Part shown: piece by piece, positions 55,778 through 64,000 of the stretch
Numbering within the stretch: position 1 is the stretch's first letter
Layout: each line of letters opens with the position of its first letter
Notes under the pieces: generated by a model
Databases searched by the model: none
What the model saw: only the letters and a program-made list of their open reading frames with translations
Told to the model about the DNA's origin: nothing
Program-made: the position numbers and the translations under genes
Origin: Candidatus Eiseniibacteriota bacterium
GTDB taxonomy: Bacteria > Eisenbacteria > RBG-16-71-46 > JABDJR01
Direction of reading: 5' to 3'
Assembly: GCA_963762255.1 (NCBI GenBank)
Contig: CAVXKA010000001.1
Location: 960,001-1,024,000, forward strand
DNA: 64,000 bases

Positions 55778-56221
55778 GTGCCCGAGCCCTACTACGTCAA
55801 AGCACAGGGATTGCGCTTCGAGTGCACTCGCTGCGGCCTCTGTTGCACACGCCCCGGGCCCGTGTTCTTTCCCCCCGAGGATCTGGCGCGCGCGGCCCGA
55901 TTCCTGGCGCTCACACCGGGTGAATTCAAGACGAAGTACCGGGTTCATCGTCTGGATGGTGTGCTTGCCGTCGAGCCCGGCGATCGTGACGCCTGCCCGT
56001 TCCACGAGGATGGGCGCGGTTGCTCGATCTACGACGCGCGCCCCACCCAGTGCCGGACGTTTCCCTTCTGGCCGGAGGTCGCGCATCGCCGCCGCTCCTG
56101 GGAGAACGCGGGCCGGGCCTGCGAAGGAATCGGGAAGGGGCCCCGCCACCAACCCGCCGCCATCGAGCGCGCCATCGTGGCCTGCCGGGAAGCCGGGCTC
56201 CCTGAGAGCGAACCGTGGTGA
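55778..56221 (+). CDS. YkgJ family CxxCxxCC cysteine-cluster protein
   Basis: FECTRCGLCC, CPF, CSIYDARPTQCRTFPFW, CEGIG. Confidence 0.9.
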   Translation: MPEPYYVKAQGLRFECTRCGLCCTRPGPVFFPPEDLARAARFLALTPGEFKTKYRVHRLDGVLAVEPGDRDACPFHEDGRGCSIYDARPTQCRTFPFWPEVAHRRRSWENAGRACEGIGKGPRHQPAAIERAIVACREAGLPESEPW

Positions 56222-58281
56222 ATCGTCCCCGTCCTCAACCGCCCCGTCCGCGGGCGTCCGGTCCCCCCACGGGCCCGCGTGAGCACGGCGCCTTCGCCGA
56301 AGTCGCGGTGCCGGTTCCGCTCCGGCACGCGTTCACCTATCGCGTTCCCGATGCGCTGAGGGATCGAGTCCACGAGGGGGCTCAAGTGATCGTGCCGTTC
56401 GGGAGGCGGCGCCTGACCGGATTCGTGGTGGGTCTCCTGAACTCGACAACGGTTGCCTCGGTCAAGGACATCGCCGGCGTCGAGGACCCGGATCTATCCA
56501 TCCCGGCCGACGTGCTTGCGCTCTGCCGCTGGGTCGCCGACTACTACCTGGCTCCCTTGGGGGAGGTTCTGCGTACGGCTCTTCCGTCGGGGCTCGGCAA
56601 GAAATCGCCCGGGGAGGTTCCGCGCGCCGAGGGAAGCGCGCCCGATGTGCGGCTCTTCGAGGAGCAGAGGGCGGCGCTGGCCGCGGTGTGCGAGGCCCTC
56701 CGCAGCAAGAAGACCGGCGCGTTCCTGCTGCACGGTGTGACCGGGAGCGGGAAGACGGAGGTCTATCTCCGCGCCGCGGCGGAGGCGGTTCGCGCCGGAG
56801 GCAAGGTGCTGATCCTCATCCCCGAGATCGCGCTCTCGCCGCAGATGGTGCGTCGGGTGGAGGCTCGGTTCGGGAACCGCGTGGCTCTCTGGCACAGCGC
56901 GCTGACCCCGGCCCGGCGCCGCGAGGTGTGGACCCGCACGCGGCGGGGCGAAATCGACGTCCTGGTGGGAGCGCGATCGGCCATCTTCGCGCCCATCCCC
57001 GATCTGCGGCTCATCGTCGTGGATGAAGAGCACGAGAGCGCCTACAAGCAGACCGAGAGCCCCCGCTATCATGCACGGGACGTGGCTCTGGTCCGCGCGC
57101 GCGAGACAGGAGCGGTCGTAGTCCTCGGTTCCGCCACCCCCAGCCTGGAGAGCTTCGCGAACGCGGAGAGGGGGAAGTACCGGTTGCTCACCCTGCCCCA
57201 TCGGGTGGGGAGGCGCCCGCGGGCTTCGGTGGATCTCGCGCCGTTGCCGCGGCACGCGCCCGGGGAGCCGAAACCGGTCTCGACCATCCTCGGCGATCCG
57301 CTTCGCGACGCGCTCGTGCAGACCCTCTCTCGCGGCGAGCAGTGCATTCTCTTCCTGAACCGTCGCGGGCATTCCACGGTGGTGCAGTGCGAGGAGTGCC
57401 GAAGCATCCTCAACTGCGCCCATTGCGACATCGTGCTCACCTGGCACGCGGACACCGACCGCGTCGTGTGCCACTACTGCGGCACCCGTCTCCCGCGCCC
57501 GCAAGCGTGCCCCGAATGCGGCGGAGCGATGACGATCTTCAAAGGGGTGGGCACGCAGCGGGTGGAGCGCGAACTCGCGCGTCTCTACACCGGAATCCGG
57601 CTCCTGCGCCTGGACACGGATTCCACGCGGAAGCGCGGCGCGCTCGATGCCGCGCTCGAGACATTTCGCGTGGGCGCCGCCGATGTGCTGCTCGGCACCC
57701 AGATGGTAGCCAAGGGACTCGATTTCCCGAACGTCACTCTGGTGGGAGTGATCAACGCGGACCTGCAGCTTGCGCTTCCCGACTTCCGAAGTGCCGAGCG
57801 CACCTTTCAGCTTCTGACCCAAGTGGCGGGGCGCAGCGGGCGGGGTGTGCGCCCGGGACGAGTGCTCTTCCAGACGCTCCACCCGGAGCACTACGCACTG
57901 GTCGCCGCGGCCGCGCAGGACTACGAGGCGTTCTACCGGGCGGAGATGGTGGAGCGCACCGATCCGCCGTATCCGCCCCATCGCCGTCTTGTGAACCTCC
58001 TTTTCGATGGGAAGAGCCTCGACAAGGTCTCCGCGGAGGCGGAGGCAACGGCGCGGTTCCTTGGCGACGCCGTCGCGAGCGAGAAACTCGCGGTCGATCT
58101 CTTGGGGCCGGCCCCCCAGCCCTTCTCGCGGCTCAAGGGGAAGCACCGCTGGCACATCACGCTGCGCGGCGTCGACCATCGCGTCTTGCGCGATCTCGCC
58201 GCCCGGGCGCTGGACCGCCACGAGGCGGCGCCAGGCGCCGTCCGGGTCGTGGTCGACGTGGATCCGGTGTCTCTGCTCTGA
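56218..58281 (+). CDS. priA: Primosomal protein N' (replication restart helicase)
   Basis: GVTGSGKTEVY, VDEEHE, GSATPS, LNRRG, four CxxC motifs, GTQMVAKGLDFP, QVAGRSGR, DVDP. Confidence 0.96.
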   Translation: MNRPRPQPPRPRASGPPTGPREHGAFAEVAVPVPLRHAFTYRVPDALRDRVHEGAQVIVPFGRRRLTGFVVGLLNSTTVASVKDIAGVEDPDLSIPADVLALCRWVADYYLAPLGEVLRTALPSGLGKKSPGEVPRAEGSAPDVRLFEEQRAALAAVCEALRSKKTGAFLLHGVTGSGKTEVYLRAAAEAVRAGGKVLILIPEIALSPQMVRRVEARFGNRVALWHSALTPARRREVWTRTRRGEIDVLVGARSAIFAPIPDLRLIVVDEEHESAYKQTESPRYHARDVALVRARETGAVVVLGSATPSLESFANAERGKYRLLTLPHRVGRRPRASVDLAPLPRHAPGEPKPVSTILGDPLRDALVQTLSRGEQCILFLNRRGHSTVVQCEECRSILNCAHCDIVLTWHADTDRVVCHYCGTRLPRPQACPECGGAMTIFKGVGTQRVERELARLYTGIRLLRLDTDSTRKRGALDAALETFRVGAADVLLGTQMVAKGLDFPNVTLVGVINADLQLALPDFRSAERTFQLLTQVAGRSGRGVRPGRVLFQTLHPEHYALVAAAAQDYEAFYRAEMVERTDPPYPPHRRLVNLLFDGKSLDKVSAEAEATARFLGDAVASEKLAVDLLGPAPQPFSRLKGKHRWHITLRGVDHRVLRDLAARALDRHEAAPGAVRVVVDVDPVSLL

Positions 58282-58328
58282 CCGCTCGACGCTGGGCCAT
58301 TTGTGGGGCAGTCGGGGCATTTCTCCTA

Positions 58329-58344
58329 AGGTATGGAAATTGCA
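58329..58344 (+). promoter_or_regulatory. sigma54-type promoter in the priA-TPR intergenic region
   Basis: AGGTATGGAAATTGCA = GG-N10-GC with TTGCA. Confidence 0.55.
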
Positions 58345-58354
58345 GTCCATCGAG

Positions 58355-58472
58355 CGCGCGGGGAGCGTCCTTTTGGGCCGGCTCGGCACGCGGTCACGGA
58401 CTCGCTGAAGATCTGAAGGGTTCTTGCGGGATCCCGCCGCCACGAGGCGCTGAGCCGGCCCTCTTTTCTCTC
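58355..58472 (+). ncRNA. Candidate rod-shaped small RNA
   Basis: 13-bp closing stem GGGCCGGCTCGGC (58375-58387) / GCTGAGCCGGCCC (58449-58461), nested inner helices, 3' TCTTTTCTCT tract, starting just after a sigma54-like promoter. Confidence 0.4.
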
Positions 58473-58611
58473 CGCCCGCCGCCGGCGCGCCCGGAAGCAA
58501 GCGCTTCCCGAGCCTCACCCCTGGATGCCTTTCAGCCGCCCCTGCGTGCAACTTGCGGCACGGCCCCTTTCCTTGACACCCCCGCGTCAGGGGCGGGAAG
58601 ATTCGCGAATC

Positions 58612-59784
58612 ATGTCGCCCCGCTCTCTTCTCGGCCTGCTTGCGCTTGCCGTCGCAGGATGCGCGAACCCTTCGGTGCGCGGAGGGGATGCGCATTCGGT
58701 GGATGGGCGCCGTGAGGACGCCGAGGCGGCCTATCGTCAGGCTATCGCCCGCAACCCCGGCGATGCGGATGCGCACTTCGACCTGGCGGAATTCCTGGCC
58801 GGGGACGCGCGGGCCGCCGAAGCGATCGAGCACTACGAGAAGGCCCAGGCGCTGGAGGCGCGCTTCAAGCCGAAGGTCGCGGAGCAGCGACGGCGGCATC
58901 TCAAGGTCTACAACGAAGACGCCGCGCGCTTGATCGTAGAGAAGCGTTTCTCCGAGGCCGACCGCGTTCTAGACGCCGCGCAGGCGATGGTCCCCGGAGA
59001 TGGGACCACGCTGTTCCTGCGCGGCAGGTCGCGCGAGGCACAGAACGATCCGGCCGGCGCAGTCGAGGCGTACCGGCTCGCGGTGTTGAAGGAACCAGGC
59101 AGTCGAGAGCGCAAGATGGCGCTGGCCGGTGCGCTGACCGCACTCGGCGAGGCGCGTTTCGACGGAGGTGAGTTCTCGGAAGCCTGGAGTCTCTTGCAGG
59201 AAGCCCGACGCGCCGATCCGGGCGCAGACCTGAGTTACGTCGAAGGGACGGTGGCCTACGCGCTCGCCAAGACCGCGCCGGAGGGAGAGCGCGAGAAGTA
59301 CCTGGCCGCGGCCGCGGAGGCCTTCAGCGACTATCGGCGCCGCCACCCGGACGACACGGACGCGCAGTTCAACCTCGGCGCGGTTCTTCTCGCCGCCGAG
59401 CGATACCAGGAGGCGATCGCGGTCTACCTGGACCTTCTTGCCCATGACCCCGAAGACGGCGATCTCTACATGGTGCTCTCGCGGGCCCACAGCTTTGCCG
59501 GCGAGCCCGGGCTCGCCGCCGTCGAGGAGGCGGTCGGGCATGCCTTGCGCGGCGGGGATCCGGTGCAAGATCCGCCAGGCTGGGCCAGCCGCGCCGCCGT
59601 CCGGTTTCCAGGAAGCGACATCGCCTCCGCCTACGCCCGGCTGTCGGCGCCGGAGGCGATCTATACCTATTCCCCGCCGGGCGGCGCATTGGTGGAGGTC
59701 TGGTTCTATTGGAATCGGGGGCTACTCTACGCATTCCGTGAAGGGGGAGAGGTGGGGGCGCCGCTCACCCTGCCGCGTCGTTGA
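58612..59784 (+). CDS. TPR-repeat lipoprotein
   Basis: Lipobox LAVAGC; multiple TPR motifs (AYRQAIARNPGDADAHFDLA; DAQFNLGAVL); C-terminal VEVWFYW; TTGACA at 58573. Confidence 0.8.
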   Translation: MSPRSLLGLLALAVAGCANPSVRGGDAHSVDGRREDAEAAYRQAIARNPGDADAHFDLAEFLAGDARAAEAIEHYEKAQALEARFKPKVAEQRRRHLKVYNEDAARLIVEKRFSEADRVLDAAQAMVPGDGTTLFLRGRSREAQNDPAGAVEAYRLAVLKEPGSRERKMALAGALTALGEARFDGGEFSEAWSLLQEARRADPGADLSYVEGTVAYALAKTAPEGEREKYLAAAAEAFSDYRRRHPDDTDAQFNLGAVLLAAERYQEAIAVYLDLLAHDPEDGDLYMVLSRAHSFAGEPGLAAVEEAVGHALRGGDPVQDPPGWASRAAVRFPGSDIASAYARLSAPEAIYTYSPPGGALVEVWFYWNRGLLYAFREGGEVGAPLTLPRR

Positions 59785-59809
59785 GCGGCGTGGCCGGAGC
59801 CTCGCGCCG

Positions 59810-59839
59810 TTGACAAGGGTCGGGGCGGCGCTCTAGACT
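59810..59839 (+). promoter_or_regulatory. sigma70 promoter of rho
   Basis: TTGACA-N18-TAGACT. Confidence 0.7.
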
Positions 59840-60063
59840 CGACTCCGCGCGGGCACCACGCCCGACCACGGTACCCCTTCTGCCCGCCCGTTCTCCGGTT
59901 TCGGATCGCCCGAGGACGGTTTTCCATCCAGGTCCGGTTCCCGGTCTCCGATTCGAGCCCATTCGGTTCCAGAGGACTTCGCCCCGCAAATCAGAACCCC
60001 ACGCCGACGACCAAGTCGGCGCTCGGACCTGCCCGGCCCCTTCGGGGCAAGGAGATAGCTCCC

Positions 60064-61329
60064 GTGTCTGAATCGACCCCCATGGACCTCGCCGCGATGA
60101 AGGCGAAGACCGTCCCGGATCTTCAGGAGATCGCCAAGTCTCTCGAGATCGAATCCACGTCCAGCATGCGCAAGCAGGAGCTGATCTTCCGCATCCTGGA
60201 GGTGCAGACCGAGCAGAACGGGCTGATATTTTCCGAGGGGGTTCTGGAAATACTCCCGGAGGGTTACGGGTTCCTGCGCTCTCCGGACTACAGCTACCTT
60301 CCGGGCCCAGACGACATCTATGTCTCGCCCTCCCAGATCAAGCGCTTCGATCTCCAGACGGGCGACACGGTATCCGGGCAGGTGCGTCCGCCCAAGGAAG
60401 GCGAGCGCTATTTCGCGCTCCTGCGGGTGGAGGCGGTAAACGGGGAGGCTCCCGAGGTCGCCAAGATCAAGACCCACTTCGACAACCTCACCCCGCTCTA
60501 TCCGGATCAGCGGGTCAAGTTGGAGCACGACCCGGACGACCTGTGCACGCGCATCATGGATCTCCTCACCCCGATCGGAATGGGACAGCGCGGCCTCATC
60601 GTGTCGCCGCCGCGAGCAGGGAAGACGGTGCTGCTTCAGCGCATCGCCAACGCCATCACCGCCAACCATCCCGACGCCGTATTGATCGTGTTGCTCATCG
60701 ACGAGCGTCCGGAGGAAGTGACCGACATGGCGCGGTCGGTGAAGGGAGAAGTGGTCTCTTCTACCTTCGACGAGCCGGCCGAACGCCATGTCCAGGTGGC
60801 GGACATGGTGATCGAGAAGGCCAAGCGGCTGGTCGAGCACCACAAGGACGTCATCATCCTCCTCGACTCGATCACCCGCCTCGCCCGTGCCCACAACACG
60901 GTGATCCCACACTCGGGGAAGATCCTCTCCGGCGGCGTCGATGCGAACGCGCTGCAGCGGCCGAAGCGCTTCTTCGGAGCGGCCCGCAACGTGGAAGAGG
61001 GCGGTTCGCTCACCATCATCGCCACCGCCCTCGTCGAAACCGGTTCGCGCATGGACGAGGTCATCTTCGAGGAGTTCAAGGGCACGGGGAACATGGAGTT
61101 GATCCTGGATCGCAAGATCGCCGACCGGCGCATCTTCCCCGCCATCGACATCAATCGCAGTGGAACCCGCAAGGAGGAGCTCCTCCTCGACCAGGCCATC
61201 CTCAACAAGGTCTGGATCCTGAGAAAGTTCTTGAACGAGCAGAGCTCGGTCGAGGCCATCGAGTTCCTGGTCAATCAGATGGGCAAGACCAAGACCAACA
61301 AGCAGTTCCTGGAGATGATGAACGCCTGA
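60064..61329 (+). CDS. rho: Transcription termination factor Rho
   Basis: [68 protein letters not shown]. Confidence 0.98.
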   Translation: MSESTPMDLAAMKAKTVPDLQEIAKSLEIESTSSMRKQELIFRILEVQTEQNGLIFSEGVLEILPEGYGFLRSPDYSYLPGPDDIYVSPSQIKRFDLQTGDTVSGQVRPPKEGERYFALLRVEAVNGEAPEVAKIKTHFDNLTPLYPDQRVKLEHDPDDLCTRIMDLLTPIGMGQRGLIVSPPRAGKTVLLQRIANAITANHPDAVLIVLLIDERPEEVTDMARSVKGEVVSSTFDEPAERHVQVADMVIEKAKRLVEHHKDVIILLDSITRLARAHNTVIPHSGKILSGGVDANALQRPKRFFGAARNVEEGGSLTIIATALVETGSRMDEVIFEEFKGTGNMELILDRKIADRRIFPAIDINRSGTRKEELLLDQAILNKVWILRKFLNEQSSVEAIEFLVNQMGKTKTNKQFLEMMNA

Positions 61330-61499
61330 TCGGGCCTGGCGGGGCCGGTTCCGCCCGGCAGTCTGCGGGTGGCCGCCGCCGAGGGTCGGGCAATCCCCTT
61401 GAGCCATCCGTCGGTTCTCTGGTATTCTTTCTGGCCCTTTCTCCGGGGGGACCGTTTCACCCTTGTCTTGGCCGCCGCGGGCGGCGCCGAAGGAATCCC

Positions 61500-61772
61500 A
61501 TGAAAGCCGAGATTCATCCCGACTACAAAGACGTCAAGGTGACCTGCGTCTGCGGGAGCACGTTCACGACCCGCTCCACGATGGGCAAGGACTTCCACGT
61601 GGAAATTTGCTCGAGCTGTCACCCGTTCTTCACCGGGAAGCAGAAGCTCGTGGACACCGCTGGGCGCGTGGACCGCTTCCGCAAGAAGTACGCCGGCACC
61701 TACGGCAAGTCGGAGCCGGTCGCCCCGGACGCCGCGGCTGCTCCGGTTGCCGAAGAGACCAAGTCGGCTTAG
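61500..61772 (+). CDS. rpmE: 50S ribosomal protein L31 (Zn-binding type)
   Basis: [34 protein letters not shown]. Confidence 0.97.
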   Translation: MKAEIHPDYKDVKVTCVCGSTFTTRSTMGKDFHVEICSSCHPFFTGKQKLVDTAGRVDRFRKKYAGTYGKSEPVAPDAAAAPVAEETKSA

Positions 61773-61785
61773 CAATCCAACCATC

Positions 61786-61816
61786 GGGCCCTCGCCTAGC
61801 GAGGGCCTTGTTGTGT
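61786..61816 (+). terminator. Probable intrinsic terminator after rpmE
   Basis: GGGCCCTCGC-CTA-GCGAGGGCCT followed by TGTTGTGT. Confidence 0.6.
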
Positions 61817-61834
61817 CCGCCACCGGAATCGACC

Positions 61835-62806
61835 ATGACCTTTAAACAGCGCTTGCTCCTCATCAACAAGGTGCTTCTCGCCCGGTACGCGCCGGTGGGT
61901 GGCCAGGCGGTGATCGAGGGGGTGATGATGCGCTCGCCGCGTATGGTGGCGACGGCGGTGCAGCGCACCTCGGGCGAGATCACCGTGCAGGTGGAGCCGT
62001 TCCGCTCGATCACCAGACGGGTGAAGGCGCTGGGAATCCCGATCGTGCGGGGGATGGTGGGCCTCTTCGAGACCCTCGTTCTTGGCATGCGCTCGCTGTC
62101 GTTCAGCGCCAACGAGGCGGCCAAGGACGAGGACGCGAAATCGGGCAAAGCGGGCGAGTCAGGGAACGAGGGAGCGGGGATCTCCAACTGGAGCATGGGA
62201 CTCACCATGGCGCTCGCCCTGGGGCTGGGTCTCCTTGTGTTCTTCTACCTCCCGCTCAAGCTCACCGAGTGGACCGGTGTCCAGGGCCGGGTCTCCTTCA
62301 ACTTGATCGACGGCGCGTTCCGCCTGGCATTCTTCCTCGCCTATCTGTGGGGAATCAGTCAATGGGGGGAGATGCGCCGCCTCTTTCAGTACCACGGCGC
62401 GGAGCACAAGGTGATCCATACGTTCGAGGCGGGGCTTCCCATCACGCCCGAGAACGCGGCCCCGTTCACCACGCTGCACCCGCGCTGCGGCACCTCGTTC
62501 CTGTTCAGCCTCATGATCCTGAGCATCGTGGTGTTCACCTTCTTCGGTCGACCGGAGACGCTGGGCCAGCGCCTTCTTCGCTTCGCGGGGGTTCCGTTCA
62601 TCGCCGGATTGGGCTTCGAGTACATCCGCCTGAGCGGACGCTTCGCGGGCAATGCGGTGGTGCGCTTCTTCGCTCAGCCGGGGCTGTGGCTCCAGCGCCT
62701 CACGACGAAGGAGCCCGATCGTCATCAGCTTGCTGTGGCGTGCCGCGCCCTGGAAAGCGTCCTTCCTCTGAACGAGGAAGACGAGAAAGACGTCCGCGTG
62801 ATGTGA
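61835..62806 (+). CDS. DUF1385 (YqhQ-like) membrane protein
   Basis: GGQAVIEGVMMRSP, FQYHGAEHK, HPRCGTSF, PGLWLQRLTTKEP; usual rpmE-DUF1385-prfA context. Confidence 0.92.
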   Translation: MTFKQRLLLINKVLLARYAPVGGQAVIEGVMMRSPRMVATAVQRTSGEITVQVEPFRSITRRVKALGIPIVRGMVGLFETLVLGMRSLSFSANEAAKDEDAKSGKAGESGNEGAGISNWSMGLTMALALGLGLLVFFYLPLKLTEWTGVQGRVSFNLIDGAFRLAFFLAYLWGISQWGEMRRLFQYHGAEHKVIHTFEAGLPITPENAAPFTTLHPRCGTSFLFSLMILSIVVFTFFGRPETLGQRLLRFAGVPFIAGLGFEYIRLSGRFAGNAVVRFFAQPGLWLQRLTTKEPDRHQLAVACRALESVLPLNEEDEKDVRVM

Positions 62807-62845
62807 GGCGCCCGCGGCCCCGCCGGTCGCGCCTCCCGAGGTTCC

Positions 62846-63964
62846 ATGAACCAGACCGACAGATTCCTCGACCACCTCGCCCAACTCGAATCCCGCCTGG
62901 ACGAGATCAACGGCAAGCTCGGAGATCCCCAGGTGCTTGGGAGCCCCTCCGCCCTGAAGTCGCTGGGACAGGAGCGCGCGGGGATCGAAGAGATCGTGGG
63001 CCTGCTGCGCATGTACAGGTCTCTTCGCGACCGTCTGGAGGAGGCGGAGGAGATGTCCCGCTCCGAGGGCGACGCCGAGATGGTCGAGTTGGCCCAGGCG
63101 GAGATCGCGGAATGCGGACCGGGACTGGAGCGGCTGCGGGCCGAGATCAGCGAGCTTCTATTTCCCGCCGATCCCAACGACAGCAAGGACGTGATCGTCG
63201 AAATCCGCGCGGGGACGGGGGGGGAGGAGGCCGCACTCTTCGCCGGCGAGCTCTTCCGCATGTACACGCGCTATGCGGAGCGCAAGGGCTGGCAGGTCGA
63301 GGTGCTGAGCTCCAACGAGACCGGTATCGGCGGCCTCAAGGAAGCCATCTTCAGCCTCTCCGGGCGCGGCGTGTACGGGCGGGTCAAGTACGAGAGCGGG
63401 GTCCATCGCGTGCAGCGGGTGCCGGAGACCGAGGCGTCGGGGCGGATCCACACGTCGGCAGCCACGGTAGCGGTGCTGCCGGAAGCGGAAGACGTCGACG
63501 TCGAGATCAACGAGAAGGATCTGCGCATCGACGTATATCGATCGAGCGGACCGGGAGGCCAGGGAGTGAACACCACCGACTCCGCGGTGCGGGTCACTCA
63601 TATTCCCACGAACCTTGTGGTCACCTGCCAGGACGAGCGCTCACAGATCAAGAACAAGGCGAAGGCGCTCAAGATCCTCCGCTCGCGGCTTCTGGATGCC
63701 AAGATACGCGAGCAGGAGGAGGCGATGCGGTCCAAGCGCCGGAGCCAGGTCTCGACCGGCGACCGCAGCGCCAAGATCCGCACCTACAATTTCCCGCAGA
63801 CACGAGTCACCGATCACCGCATCAACTTCACGGTCCACCGCCTTCACGAGATCCTCGAAGGGGATCTGGACGAGCTGACTCAGGCCCTCATCGACGCCGC
63901 GTCAGAGGAGCGGCTCGGGGAGGCGGAGTCGGGAGAGAAGAGTGCGGGAGTCCCCGGGCGCTGA
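62846..63964 (+). CDS. prfA: Peptide chain release factor 1
   Basis: EIRAGTGGEEA, ESGVHRVQRVPETE (PxT motif), GPGGQ, GDRSAKIRTYNFPQ. Confidence 0.97.
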   Translation: MNQTDRFLDHLAQLESRLDEINGKLGDPQVLGSPSALKSLGQERAGIEEIVGLLRMYRSLRDRLEEAEEMSRSEGDAEMVELAQAEIAECGPGLERLRAEISELLFPADPNDSKDVIVEIRAGTGGEEAALFAGELFRMYTRYAERKGWQVEVLSSNETGIGGLKEAIFSLSGRGVYGRVKYESGVHRVQRVPETEASGRIHTSAATVAVLPEAEDVDVEINEKDLRIDVYRSSGPGGQGVNTTDSAVRVTHIPTNLVVTCQDERSQIKNKAKALKILRSRLLDAKIREQEEAMRSKRRSQVSTGDRSAKIRTYNFPQTRVTDHRINFTVHRLHEILEGDLDELTQALIDAASEERLGEAESGEKSAGVPGR

Positions 63965-64000
63965 CCGGCGCCCCGATCCTCCGGTCGCCCCGCGGCGGCT

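Noticed and set aside
63942-64000. Possible start of prmC overlapping the prfA end
   Set aside because: Expected from synteny and the frame is open from GTG 63942, but there are too few codons and no recognisable motif.
1-64000. CRISPR arrays, tRNA/rRNA, IS elements, prophage or defence genes, inteins in NrdJ, selenocysteine read-through
   Set aside because: No spaced repeats, cloverleafs, transposase/integrase motifs, intein signatures or in-frame TGA at catalytic Cys positions were seen by eye.

Overview
High-GC, gene-dense bacterial chromosome segment with about 50 CDSs. No tRNA, rRNA, CRISPR array, transposase, integrase or phage gene was recognised. Three secreted enzymes with FlgD-Ig/T9SS-like C-terminal tails, a PEP-CTERM protein and outer-membrane beta-barrel proteins point to a diderm FCB-associated lineage such as Ca. 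Eisenbacteria (inference only). Housekeeping content: class II ribonucleotide reductase with an NrdR box, Rrf2-cysteine desulfurase, AmrS radical SAM enzyme, thiD, gpmI, MocR-pdxS-pdxT, a fur-feoB-DtxR/FeoA iron cassette, galE, priA and rho-rpmE-DUF1385-prfA. The best leads are: (i) an unannotated rod-shaped RNA candidate behind a sigma54-type promoter between priA and a TPR lipoprotein gene; (ii) a DUF3015 / Lnb_N(DUF4105)-beta-barrel / lipoprotein operon with a structured leader; (iii) an 8-Cys microprotein coupled to feoB; (iv) a secreted twin-CxxC Cys-rich protein; (v) a multi-GAF, degenerate-GGDEF protein that keeps the RxxD site; (vi) recurring sigma54- and sigma28-like promoter motifs. 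All calls come from reading motifs by eye; no searches were run. Many starts were moved from the ORF track to the most plausible RBS-associated codon.
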